DNA of 64,000 bases, from NCBI GenBank assembly GCA_951813535.1, contig OX638345.1, positions 1,607,158 to 1,671,157 on the forward strand. The letters run 5' to 3'. This DNA comes from an uncultured Dehalococcoidia bacterium (GTDB lineage: Bacteria > Chloroflexota > Dehalococcoidia > Lucifugimonadales > UBA3495). The number at the start of each line of letters is the position of its first letter. Position 1 is the stretch's first letter. Of this stretch, positions 19,535 to 30,081 are shown piece after piece. Both the position numbers and the translations under genes were made by a program. The notes under the pieces were generated by a model. It had not been told where the DNA came from. It saw only the letters and a list, made by a program, of their open reading frames with translations, and made no database searches.

Positions 19535-20089
19535 TTTCACCCTGGCTTCAGTTTAACATCCTCCGGCTGGCGCCTTTTCGCCGTCGCCATCGCTGGAAGA
19601 AAGCCCATTGGCAGTGTGCACATGTGCATTTTTAGCAGCGCACATACATTTGCCTCGCCGGGCCATTCCATGTCAGGAAGCGGATAACCGGTGACGGCAG
19701 TTGCCGTCACCGACCCGTCTTATATTTTGAAGCCTCCCGCATTGGAAGGCCGAATGGTAAGGCAAGCTCCAACATGAGCATGAATCAAGTGGCAATACAT
19801 CGAAAATCCCGGTAATTCCCGGATTGCTTGATTGGTGCCCCCTTCAGATTTGGGCAGCACCAATGGCACGCACAGCCCAAGCGCATTCGCCCGCGCCGGC
19901 AGCGCCCCACCTCTAATTTGATGTCCAATGGGCCGTTGACGTCCCGCCCGGGTTGCCACGGAAGACTGACGACCGTGCTGCTGTTGCGCCTGGATATTCA
20001 GTTCCACGCTTGAGGGACGAACGGCGTGCGCGGAGGAACGCCAACGATACATCTCACCAAACGCTCGATAGCTTCACAGGAGGACTCCA

Positions 20090-23000
20090 ATGAGTCTGAT
20101 TACCCACCGGTTGCGACCGGCGAACCGTGCGGTCCGGATGGTTCTTGCAGCCCTGGCCGTCGCCGCCGCCATGGCAGTGCAAGACCCGAGCCAGCATTGG
20201 CATATACCCTAGATCTCGGCATCGAATGCAATCAAAATCGGGTCAACGAGGGTGACGCCTACCGGCTGCACATGGTCAAGTCCGGCGGCGTCTCCAGAAA
20301 GCCAATATCGATACGGAAGGAGACGATGAAGGTCTACTGGACCACGGAGAGCCACACCGCCGACGAGTCCGACTACAGCCCGCTTCATCACGAAGGTCAT
20401 GCCAGCAACAGCTTCCAGAGCTGGAACGGGCGGATTGGTCGCACCTTCTACACCACCGAGGATGATCTGTCAGAACTGACCGAGCAGTTCACGGTCTCGG
20501 CTGAGAACGCCGATGAAGACGGGACCGGCGGGGAATGCGTCATCAAGATCGACGACGACGACGGGCCTGGTTCGTACGATACTCAGATCATTGCCGAGCC
20601 CGCCAACGGCACGTACCGACGGGGCGATGTTGTTCAATTCAGAGTGCTTTTCACGGACGATGTGCTCGTTACGGGCGGGACGCCAACCCTGGGCCTGCAC
20701 GTGGGAGAAGGGACGGGAGCCGAACCGAACCGCTACGCCACCTATCAGTTCGGATCCGGATACTCGACACTGTTTTTCCGGTACCGGGTTGGACCCGAGG
20801 ACCGTGACCCCGACGGCATTTCGGTGCCGTCCGGCGAGTTCGGTGGCAGCGGGAAGATCACGGGACGGTGGATTAGCGCTGACCTGAACCAGAAAGCCCA
20901 CCCTCTGGTCGGCGGCCCCCAACAAAAGGTGCTCGGGCAAACGCACGTGACGAATGTGTCGATAGCATCAACTCCCGAGCGCGGCGATACCTACCGTCTT
21001 GGGGAGAACATTGAGGTCAGAGTCCGCTTCAGCAATCCGGTCCAGGTGAACGGGGACGTGTATCACCGAATAAAGGTTGGCGACGGTCCCGGTTTCCTGA
21101 AGCAGCCGTCGTATCATCGCGGGTCCGGCACCGACACCCTGGTTTTCAGGTACCCGGTCAATGCGGTGGATCTTGATACCACCGGCATCACCGTGGCCCC
21201 AGGCGGGGTTGACGAATCGGGCGAGCGCAATGGCATCCTGGGATCGGGTTCGGTGGTGTTCGTACAGGGCGATGTCGAGCACCCGGTATATATCGGCTAT
21301 GAGGCGCTGATCGACCTACCGCATCACAAAGTGGACGGCCGGGCCTACGTCAAGAGCATCGCCATAACCTCGGAGCCGGACGACGGCAACCAATACACGG
21401 CTGGAGAGCAAATCCTGATCGGCCTGACTTTCGACCGAGCGGTCTCCGTTGAACTGGAACTTGGCATCACCATAGAGGTTGGCGACGAAAGGAAACGCGC
21501 GCGATATCACAGCGGTTCATCCACCGATACCCTGGTGTTCAGCTATGAGGTTCACGACGACGACGTGGACCACGATGGCATATCGGTGCCTTCGCAGAAC
21601 GGTTTCAAAGGCAACGGGCGCGTCCGGGAAACCGAAACAGTATCCAAGGTGAATGAGCGCATTCCGCGTCTTCGGCACCAGGCGGAACACCGGGTGAACG
21701 ATGTCCTGGCAACTGTCGTTGCCAGCGAGATTGTTTCGCACCCGGCCAGCGGCGATGTGTACGGTTTCGGTGAAACCATCGAGATTGCGCTGGAGTTCGA
21801 CGAGGAGGTGGACGTTGTGGGCCAGCCTTCGATCACCATTCTGCTGGATGACAGCGACAACCCCGAGCGAAGCGCCGTTTACGATCGGGGATCCGGCACG
21901 GACACCATGGTATTCGCCTACACGGTACAGCCTGCGGACCTGGACCTTGACGGCGTCGCGCTGCCCGAGCGGGACCGAGACGGGTTTGGACCAGCTACGG
22001 CTCACGTTTACCAGGCGGGCACCGAGAACACTGTCACTGGGCACATTGTCGGCTTCGACGACGCGATGGGCCACCAGGTCGACGGACGTCCTCAGGTAAC
22101 CGCCGTCGCCATAACGTCCACGCCGGCAGGAGGCGGCGTGGACCGCGCCGGAGAGACGGTTTCAATCTCGTTGACTTCCGACCGCCCGGTGGTGGTCGAG
22201 GGCGCACCGTCCGTAGCGCTGGAGATCGGCGATCACCACGCTGAGGCGACTTACCGCAACGGTTCAGGGACGAACACCATTGAATTCGGATACGGCGTGC
22301 AGGTTCACGACCAGGACGTCGATAGTTTCGCTCTGCCGTCCGGAGAAGGCCAAAGCTTCCACGACGGAACCGTTTACTCGGCGGGACGAGAAATCGAACT
22401 GGACGCAACGTACCCGGGATTTGCCAGCCAGTAAGCCCACAGGATCGCCGGACAGGTGTACGTGACCGGCATCTCAATGGGTTCCGACCCGGGATACAAC
22501 GACACCTACGAACCGGGGGACGTCATCAGGGTATTGGTCGGGTTCGATGACGAGGTGACAGTGACCGGCACGCCCCGGCTTCCCCTGTACCTGGGCCGTT
22601 CCACCGTGGCGACGGACTTCCAGGGTGTTCAAAACCCCGGCGACGACGCATCGTCCTTCACTGGAGAGGTGCTTGCCTTCACGTACACGGTGCAGGATGG
22701 CGACGAAGACGACAACGGCATCACAGTCGAAGCCAACTCGCTGAACTTACACGGTGGTTCCATCCTGGATACCGCAGGCAACGAGGTCAGCCTGCGCCAC
22801 GACGCTGAGACGTTCTACGGCCATCTGGTGGCATCGTGCCGCCCGTCCTGATAGATGCATGGACGTCCGCGGACGGCCAGGAGGTGACCCTCGCCTTCAG
22901 TGAAAGCGTCCATGTCCGCCCCGACGTGCGCACGCTGAGTTCTTTCCTCGGCGTTGCCCTGAGTTCCTACCCGCGCGTTCTGATCGACATATTCGTCGAC

Positions 23001-23531
23001 GGACACCGGGCCTACACCCACGGACCGACGATTTCCGGCTCAGAAATGGTCATCAAGATGGACACGTTCATCAGGCCAGGTCAGCGGGTCACCGTCAGCC
23101 AAGACGACGTTTTCGCCAGGGATCTGCCCGGGATACTGGTCGATGACGACGGGAATGCCCTCATGCACTTCGACGAGCAAGTGGTCTCCAACCGCTCAAC
23201 GCTCGGCGCAGAAGCGCAGGAACTGTTGCCGGCGCTCAGCGCATACAGCCTCACCGTCGCAGAGGGTGGGACCGGCTCTTACACCGTCGTGCTGGGTTCC
23301 CAGCCTGATGGGGACGTTGTGGTGACTCTTTCGATTTCACCGTCCGGCCATATGACGGCCAGCGCGGAGCAACTCACCTTTACCTCGGAAGACTGGGACA
23401 GCCCGAAAATGGTCACACTGACCGCCGGGACGGACGACGATGCTCTCAACTTCTGGCAGGAAATACTCCATACCTCAGACACGGAAGGGTTCGTGGTCGG
23501 GCACCTCAAGGTGCTGACCGAAGACGGGTAG
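20090..23531 (+). pseudogene. Large secreted adhesin-like protein (Calx-beta-like plus repeated Ig-like modules), three lesions
   Basis: The signal peptide MSLITHRLRPANRAVRMVLAALAVAAAMA is in a different frame from the body, with the shift in ~20170-20210. There is an in-frame TAA at 22432-22434 within a repeat boundary (ASQ*AHRIAGQVYVTGISMGS) and a frameshift at ~22825-22840. About 100-aa modules recur, of the form G..Y..GE.I.......V.V.G.P......G......A.Y..GSGT.TLVF.Y.V...D.D.DGI. Confidence 0.6.
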
Positions 23532-23581
23532 AGGCCAATTCCTCCGTCATAAATGCCAGTTTTGCGGGGCGATCCTCGCGT

Positions 23582-24178
23582 CTATTCGCCAGCGGCGACG
23601 CTGACGGTCACAACGTCAAGGCCGCGGTATTGCTGATGTCGAACGTCGGTTGCGTAATGGAGGAGGAGGCGATAGGGGACCTCTTCCTCGTCTGGCCCGA
23701 GGGGCGGGTCTTGGAGGACTGCCAGGCGATCCTCCACGTTGTCACAGCGGAGGCTCGCCGCGAACTCCAACTCCACCATCTCGGAATCCTGCCGGGCGTG
23801 GAGCGTGAGAGTGCCCGGCGCTCTCGCATCGTCGGGGATCGACTGCGACACGATGGCCAGGGTTTCCTCGGCGGCGGCGGCCACCCGATCGGCGGCGGCA
23901 TCCCAGCCGGGGCGGTTTGTGAAGCTTCGCAGGAATTCGTTGACCCGTTGGGGCGCCCGCTCGTCGAGGGCCAGGCGAATCCGGCAGCGGCGACCACCAG
24001 CGAACTCCATGCCGGCCGCCAGCATCACCGCGACGATGCCGCCGGCGGTCATGCCATTGCTCAACAGGACACTCCAGAAGCCGTCCCCCAGCAGATCCGG
24101 GAAGATCGCGCCGTTCTGGAAACCGACGCCTATCCAGAAAGACACGCCCACGATCACGTCCTTCCGGTGATCGATGCC
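23582..24178 (-). pseudogene. 3' fragment of an NCS2-like permease paralog, cut by IS21
   Basis: Its 200 aa align by eye with the C-terminal third of the 606-aa permease at 32712-34532 (EETL.....D....P..L.L.A......E.EF.A.......EDR.A......LLRHYA..VRH..Y.G.DVV.V.V). The frame ends at the IS21 terminus at 24179. Confidence 0.7.
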
Positions 24179-24274
24179 TGTCACTTTACGCGGTCATTGA
24201 CCCGGCTTTGCCACGGTCATTGACCCACCCTGGAAGCGTGGTAATTCAGCTAATATCAGGTTGCAGTTTGCCGG

Positions 24275-25042
24275 TCAATCACCTCCTTCTGAGCTGAGCA
24301 GGGCGCGGTGCGGGGACAGACGTTCGCGGTAGCTGGCGCCCTCGATGACGATCTGATAGCTGGCGTTGGCCAACCGGTCCAGGGCGCTGTTGCCCAGGAT
24401 GGGATCGTCGAAGAGGCTGAGCCATTCTTCGACGGCCCGGTTGCTGGTGATGATGAAGCTGGAGGACCGGTGGCGGTTGAGGATGAGTTCGTAGAGGTCG
24501 GCGGACTGTTGAGCGGTGAGCCGATGGAGGCCCAGGTCGTCGAGGATGAGCAGGTCGGGGGTGATGAAGGACCGGAAGGCGCGGTCCAGCGAGTTGTCCA
24601 CTCTGGCCTGAGCCATGGCTCTGAAGAAGTCGTCGGCGTGGCTGAAGCGGACGGTGTGTCCGGCGCGGACGGCGGAGTAGCCCAGGGCCTGAGCCAGGAA
24701 GCTCTTGCCGACGCCGGCGGGTCCTACCAGCAGCACGTGCTCGTGCTTGTCCAGAAACTCCAGGGAGAAGACGGCGTCCAGCAGTCGGCGGTCCAGGGTA
24801 ATTGACGCCGACCAGTCGAAGTCCTCCAGCCGGCAGGTCTCCTCGAAACCGGCGCCATTGAGGCGCAGTTCGATGCGCCGGTGGGCGCGGCGGTTGACCT
24901 CGTCGCTGAGGACGATCTCCAGGAAGGATGCGTAGTCCAGCTGTTCCCTTCGGGCCAGGGCGATGCGCTCGGGCAGCGTGGCCGCCATGGGACCCAGTTT
25001 GAGGTTCTTGAGCAGGGGTGTGAGTTCGGTTACGCGGGTCAT
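24275..25042 (-). CDS. istB: IS21 helper ATPase IstB
   Basis: Starts MTRVTELTPLLKNLKLG. Walker A is LLVGPAGVGKSFLAQALG. About 93 percent identical by eye to the second copy at 57094. Confidence 0.9.
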   Translation of the reverse strand: MTRVTELTPLLKNLKLGPMAATLPERIALARREQLDYASFLEIVLSDEVNRRAHRRIELRLNGAGFEETCRLEDFDWSASITLDRRLLDAVFSLEFLDKHEHVLLVGPAGVGKSFLAQALGYSAVRAGHTVRFSHADDFFRAMAQARVDNSLDRAFRSFITPDLLILDDLGLHRLTAQQSADLYELILNRHRSSSFIITSNRAVEEWLSLFDDPILGNSALDRLANASYQIVIEGASYRERLSPHRALLSSEGGD

Positions 25043-25055
25043 GGGTATAATCTCC

Positions 25056-26627
25056 TCAGGCCGACTTCCGGCGGTACGGGTCGCTTTGGGCGAAGACGCA
25101 TCCGGGCCTAGCGAAGCGGCCGGTGGGCAGGGGCAGAGGCAGTTGGGGCGTGGTCTCCTCTTCCAGAGCCTGCACCAGGATGCTCTCCACGCGGTGCACG
25201 TTGATGAGGTCGACGTCCAGGGCCCGCTGACAGGCGGCGTCCAGGCGCTGGGCGGTGTAACGGTCGCCCAGGCGCAGCAGCTTGTGTCCCTGCCGGATCT
25301 TGGACCAGGGATGGTCGCCCTCGAAGAGGCGTTCGGCGAATTCACCCACCGCCGGACCCAGCTTGGCGGCCTCGCGCTTGAGCCCGTCGGGAGCCCTGGT
25401 GGTGTAGGGGGCGACCTTGGGTGGATAGTCGGCGACGTCGGTGGACCGGCCGCCCACCGGCTGACGCGGATGGGTCTTGATGAGCTGACCGCGGTGGTAG
25501 ATGCGCACCAGCTTGCTGTCCACTTTGACCTCCACCTTCCGGCCGGGCCGGCAGAGGTGGTAGGGCACCGAGTAGAGGGCGTCCAGGCACTTGACGTGAT
25601 GGTCCTGATGGACGGTGTTGGTGCGCCAGTTGGCGATCTCGTAGGGTACGCCGTCCCAGGGGATCAGGGTGTGGCGCTCCTCGTCCTGGAAGACCACCAG
25701 GGGCTGCTTCCGCGTGGTGCCGTGGATGCGCATGCCGGCCACCTCCAGGCACCATTTGGGCGCGGCGGCGCGGACGTGGGTGAAGTCGTCGAAATCGGCG
25801 CCCTTGTAGAAACGCTCTCTGGCGTAGGGGACCTTGCGTTCCACCTTGGGCTTGTCCTGGGGGTGGGCCCTGCGGGCCGGGTCGGGGATGAAGCCCCGAT
25901 GCTGGGCATATTCCAGAAAGCCCCTGGTGAGAATGGGATTGAGGGGATCGGTGCCCACCACCGCGGCGGGGAAGTTGTCGATGACCAAGTACTTGGGCAT
26001 GCCGCCAAAGAAGGCCCACGCCGCCTCCAGGCCGGCGATCACGTCCGGAAGCTTGTGCTGCTGCATGGGCCAGACGAAGCAGTAGCGGGAGTGGCAGAGC
26101 ACGATGACCATGGGCCAGACCGCCTTGCGCTTGCCGGTGGCCGGGTCGGTGATCATGCCCAACCGTCCGAAATCAGCCTCAGCCACCTCACCAGCCGTCG
26201 TGTCCGCCATCCGCACCGTGGTCTTGCTGCGCTTGCGCCAGTTGCGGTTCACAATGAAACGGCGCGGCGACGGGTACGACACCTGGCACCCCCGCATGGC
26301 CAGCAACTCGTGGATGCGGGTCATCTGCAGGCGGTCTTTGGTGATCCACTGGTAGATCTGGTCAGACCACGGCTCCAACTGGTCCTGCTGAGGCGTCGCC
26401 ACCTGGCGCGGGCCCGCCTGGCTGATCGTCGCCAGCCGGCTCAACTGGTCCTCAGTCGTCGCCGGACCACCTTGCGTGATGCCCTGCAACCGCGCCGCCG
26501 CCAGGTACTTACGTACCGTATTGCGCGACAACCCCATGCCCGCCGCAATCTGCCGCGGACCTTCCCCAGCCTGCCACCGGCGGATGATCTCTTTTATCTC
26601 CATCCTGGAAACCTCCCGGTACGCCAT
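25056..26627 (-). CDS. istA: IS21 transposase IstA
   Basis: 523 aa. MAYREVSRMEIKEIIRRWQAG HTH N-terminus and a DDE core with DNFPAAV...KPKVER. Confidence 0.9.
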   Translation of the reverse strand: MAYREVSRMEIKEIIRRWQAGEGPRQIAAGMGLSRNTVRKYLAAARLQGITQGGPATTEDQLSRLATISQAGPRQVATPQQDQLEPWSDQIYQWITKDRLQMTRIHELLAMRGCQVSYPSPRRFIVNRNWRKRSKTTVRMADTTAGEVAEADFGRLGMITDPATGKRKAVWPMVIVLCHSRYCFVWPMQQHKLPDVIAGLEAAWAFFGGMPKYLVIDNFPAAVVGTDPLNPILTRGFLEYAQHRGFIPDPARRAHPQDKPKVERKVPYARERFYKGADFDDFTHVRAAAPKWCLEVAGMRIHGTTRKQPLVVFQDEERHTLIPWDGVPYEIANWRTNTVHQDHHVKCLDALYSVPYHLCRPGRKVEVKVDSKLVRIYHRGQLIKTHPRQPVGGRSTDVADYPPKVAPYTTRAPDGLKREAAKLGPAVGEFAERLFEGDHPWSKIRQGHKLLRLGDRYTAQRLDAACQRALDVDLINVHRVESILVQALEEETTPQLPLPLPTGRFARPGCVFAQSDPYRRKSA

Positions 26628-26841
26628 CGCTGCACCTCAATTTCAAAGTGCAGCAATGGTCGCCGATCTGGCTCCCAAGGTGGGTCAATGACCTCGGAAA
26701 TCCGGGTCAAAGACCTCGGTTATTTTCGTGGTCTACTGGGTCAAAGACCTCGGCAAATGACAATCACCAAGTGGCGCAGGCTGCCCTCGGCGGCGTTGTT
26801 GTCCGGGGGCACCTCCGGTTCGGCCACGAAGACGAAGAGTT

Positions 26842-26868
26842 CCCCGTATCCAGTACGGGGCAGGCTCT
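26842..26868. repeat. 27-nt hairpin module, copy A (in frame within the IS66 tnp)
   Basis: CCCCGTATCCAGTACGGGGCAGGCTCT. The stem is CCCCGTA/TACGGGG. It adds SLPRTGYGE between EKHIK and LFVFV of the transposase. Confidence 0.8.
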
Positions 26869-27631
26869 TGATGTGTTTCTCCACGCGGCGGCACAGCCTG
26901 GCCTGGGCTGACGTCGGGTCGTCCAGGTAAGGGCGGCACCGCGCCAGCAGGCGATGTTCCAGGGCCAGTCCAGCCAGGCGGCGTTGCTGCTCCGACGGGT
27001 GGGTGAAGGCTTTGGCCTTGGCATAGACATCGTGGACCGCATCAGCCCACCGCGCCAATGATGCATCCCCGGGATCGAGGGCCCGCAGGTCGTGGATATC
27101 CCGCAGCAGGTGGGCCCAGCAGCGCTGCTTGGGACCATCGTAATGATGGTAGGCGGCGTAGAAGTCGCTGACCAGCACGCCGGCAAACTGGTCGCCCAGC
27201 GCCTCATCCACCACCGCCTTGCCTCGGCCCCGCCGCAGGAAGTAGCGTTCGGTGGGGGTGCTGAAGGTCCACACGTAGCCGTTGTGTCCGTCCTCCCGCC
27301 AGCCGGTCTCATCGGCGCACCACCGGAGAGCCTCGGACCCGTTCCACGATGTCGGTCAGCGCCGCTTGGGCCTGTTGGGCCACCCGGTGGGTGGCGGCCA
27401 CGATGGCGCCCACGCTGAGACGCAGCCCGTGCACCGTGTCCAGGTACCACTGGATGATGCGGAAGGGCAGCCTGGCTTCTTCCCGCAGCGCGGCGATCAG
27501 GCTGAGCAGGTTGATCCCCAGGCGCTGTTTGCCCAGCACCACCCCCTCCAGTTGCGCTGGCGGCACACAGCGGCGTTGGCAACGCGGGCAGGTGCGAGCG
27601 ATGTAGGCGTGTTCGGTGACTGCCACCGGAA

Positions 27632-27658
27632 CCCCGTATCAAGTACGGGGCAGGCTCT
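27632..27658. repeat. 27-nt hairpin module, copy B (introduces a stop in the IS66 tnp)
   Basis: CCCCGTATCAAGTACGGGGCAGGCTCT matches copy A at 26 of 27 positions. It is read as SLPRT*YGV between VIDLPQ and PVAVTEH. Confidence 0.8.
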
Positions 27659-27956
27659 GGGGCAGATCGATGACCTCCCGAGTGTTGTGGGTCCAGCCGC
27701 CGGACAGTTGGACGCCGCAGTCGGGACACTGCTCCACCACATGCTCCACCCGCTGGGTGGGCGTCATGCGGACCCGGGCAAAGCCGTGGGGCCGTCGCTT
27801 GCGCGGCTGCTTGGGCTGGGCTGGCTTGCGATCAACCTTGGACTTCAGACCGGGCATCTGGCGGTTCCCGCCGGATTTCGCCCGCCCCTCCAACTGGGCA
27901 ATCCGCTTCTCCAAGCTCTCGATGATCGCCTGCTGCCGGATGATGATGGCGATCAG

Positions 27957-27998
27957 GGTATCCCTGTCGGCGGTCCTGGTATCCCGGTCGGCGGTCCT
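27957..27998. repeat. 21-bp tandem duplication inside the IS66 tnp 5' region
   Basis: GGTATCCCTGTCGGCGGTCCT followed by GGTATCCCGGTCGGCGGTCCT. Encodes the repeated TADRDT(R/L) on the minus strand. Confidence 0.85.
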
Positions 27999-28133
27999 GA
28001 GGTCAAATTCCTTTTCCATCCCCGTATATGACATAACCAACACCCTCAGCGCCAGCCATCCCCTAACCAAGTTCCGCCCATTCAGCACCACAACCCTGAA
28101 CAGTTACTATGCGGGTTTCACCTTGGCTTCGGT

Positions 28134-29462
28134 TTAGTCAGCATTCCCCAAAAGCGTCGCAGATTCGGTTTCCGTGGGTTGACCGTCCTGGACGTAGGCC
28201 TTGCTCAGTCCCTGCATGTTGGCGTGCCATTGCCGCCAGAATCCCCGCATCTGCAGTTCATCCGATGTTCCCGGGTCGCTCTTGAGCATTCCTCGCGACA
28301 GGTCGGACCACTCGGTTTCGGTGGCGCGGAAGCCAGCCTGACACGATTCCAGGGCTTCCACGTCATCGGGTGTGGCAAATCCCCCTGGGCCCAAGAAGGT
28401 CAGAAAACTGTCGAGCCGAGAGGCCAGCACGGTATCCGATTCTTCCCTAGGCACAAGGTGCCATGCCGTGACCTGCATATTGTCGGGAGCCAGAGGCTCG
28501 AAATATCTGATGGTGATGGCCACCACGTCGTTGATGATCAGGTTGGGATAAATGAGCAGGTTTCGAGAGGTATCAGCCATCAGGTAGGCGCGCTCCTCTC
28601 CGTGTTTTTCCACCAACCGTTGCCGGACTTGCGCCATCGGCTCTCTGGCTGCCTCCCCGAATAACGGGTGCCAGTGGGCTATGGGGCGGCCGTTGCGAGC
28701 TACGTTCACCGACACGGTGTGGCCGTTGCCCAGAGATCTGGACACGCCCGGCGGTCGGGCGGCCATCGTGTCGCCGCTTTCGTCGGTGCCCAGGCTGGCA
28801 ATGTATTGCACGTACGTCTGATGGGTCGGGACCAGGTGATACCCGTCGAGACTGTTTTCAGCCAGCAGTTTCCAGTTGGCCTTGGTGTTGTACTTGTTGG
28901 AGCCGGCGACAACACGCATTCCCGTTTCCGACTGGTCCACGATCAGATCAAGATACTCTCGGGCCCCCGCCAGGTATGAGACCAAGTCTTCGACGCAAGG
29001 GTTGAAACTCACAAAGTAGAAGCCTCGATAACTGTCGACCCGGGGCGGCTCCCTCAAGCCCAGTTCGTTTCGATCGAAGTAGGGGCCGTAGGCTTCCTGG
29101 TCGGGGACGCCGACCAACTCTCCCTGGGTGTTGAACGACCATGCGTGATAGAAGCACTGCAGCACCTCGGCATTCCCCTCGTCGCGACGGCAGATCAAGG
29201 CGCCCCGATGGGGACAGGAGTTGAGGAACACACGCACCTGCCCATCTTTGCCACGGGCGAAGAAAAGCGGGCGTCCCGCTACTGTGCGGCGACGGTAATC
29301 TCCAGGGCTCTCCACTTCCGATTCGTGTCCCAGGTAGATCCAACACCGGTTGAAGATGAAATCCTGTTCGCGCTCGAACAGACCGGGCGAAGTCATGGTC
29401 GATCGGTGGACCCTGAAAACGCCCCTCTGCCGATCATCGATGATCAAATCTTTGATCCGCAT
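28134..29462 (-). CDS. Rieske non-heme iron aromatic ring-hydroxylating oxygenase, alpha subunit
   Basis: CPHRGALICRR...CFYHAWSF Rieske motif, then a catalytic domain with DGYHLVPTH. 442 aa. No beta subunit or reductase is adjacent. Confidence 0.85.
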   Translation of the reverse strand: MRIKDLIIDDRQRGVFRVHRSTMTSPGLFEREQDFIFNRCWIYLGHESEVESPGDYRRRTVAGRPLFFARGKDGQVRVFLNSCPHRGALICRRDEGNAEVLQCFYHAWSFNTQGELVGVPDQEAYGPYFDRNELGLREPPRVDSYRGFYFVSFNPCVEDLVSYLAGAREYLDLIVDQSETGMRVVAGSNKYNTKANWKLLAENSLDGYHLVPTHQTYVQYIASLGTDESGDTMAARPPGVSRSLGNGHTVSVNVARNGRPIAHWHPLFGEAAREPMAQVRQRLVEKHGEERAYLMADTSRNLLIYPNLIINDVVAITIRYFEPLAPDNMQVTAWHLVPREESDTVLASRLDSFLTFLGPGGFATPDDVEALESCQAGFRATETEWSDLSRGMLKSDPGTSDELQMRGFWRQWHANMQGLSKAYVQDGQPTETESATLLGNAD

Positions 29463-29809
29463 AAATCCACCTTTTGCCGCAAAACAAATCGTTGATCAGC
29501 AGTTTATGCGACGGCAATTGTTATCAGTGATATACCCGGTTTAACGCCTGAGTCCTACCACTGTTATGCTCGGTTCACGCAAATGGCACCGCTCGCTTGA
29601 CGAGTCGGATCACGTAACGAGAATGTGGAGGGCGTAATTCTCGAATACTATATCGTAATCACGACCCAAGATCATCCGAGCAACACGGACACCCACCGCG
29701 ACGACGCATCGGCAGCCGCATTGCCTCAATAAAAAGGTTACTCTCAGGTAGTGATTGCCGCAAATAGTATGTTACCGAAAAATCGGGAGGAGTTCATGCA
29801 GCAGGGACC

Positions 29810-30067
29810 ATGACCGGGATGGTGAAGCAAGATCTGCCGGCATCAATACGGGACATGGCCGACGAGAGCACGAAATCAGAAATGGCCCACACCAAGCGCA
29901 CCACAACCCCAGCACCACCGGCCGTCGCCTTCCTGCCGGCTCATGACCTCCGCCCACGACGCCACGGCTCAGCCTCCAACCCGTGGAGAGCACCACCAGG
30001 TGGATGCCGGAACAGAAACCCGTGGGGTTCCTGCAACACCGGTAGGGGCACTCCACAACAGCAGTAG
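29810..30067 (+). CDS. Small hypothetical protein (85 aa) coupled to a 5-codon upstream ORF
   Basis: GGGAGGAG SD, then ATG CAG CAG GGA CCA TGA (29796-29813), whose ATGA overlaps the ATG at 29810. A terminator-like hairpin follows 13 nt after the stop. The composition is not clearly protein-like. Confidence 0.25.
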   Translation: MTGMVKQDLPASIRDMADESTKSEMAHTKRTTTPAPPAVAFLPAHDLRPRRHGSASNPWRAPPGGCRNRNPWGSCNTGRGTPQQQ

Positions 30068-30081
30068 TCAGACGTTTCAAA

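Larger units (their letters stand above)
24179..26762 (-). mobile_element. IS21-family element, copy 1
   Basis: Termini are TGTCACTTTACGCGGTCATTGACCC (24179-) and its inverted partner ...GGGTCAAAGACCTCGGCAAATGACA (to 26762). Both ends carry reiterated GGTCATTGACCC / GGTCTTTGACCC subterminal repeats. Encodes istA and istB. Confidence 0.85.
26763..28107 (-). mobile_element. IS66-family relic (transposase pseudogene, 3' end removed by IS21)
   Basis: Fragments across frames: MEKEF...EQCPDCGVQLSGG (Zn finger), DETGWREDGHNGYVWTFS, VLVSDFYAAYHHY...RCWAHLLRD, PPDNNAAEGSLRHLVI. Lesions are a frameshift at ~27300, two 27-nt inserts, a 21-bp duplication, and truncation at 26763. The left terminus GTAACTGTTCAG (rc, ending at 28107) is shared with the relic at 50989. 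Confidence 0.75.

Noticed and set aside
24963-26930. 655-aa plus-strand ORF across IS21 copy 1
   Set aside because: It is antisense to istA/istB, which are unambiguous. It is a GC-rich shadow ORF. The same applies to 25342-26019 and 25664-26008.
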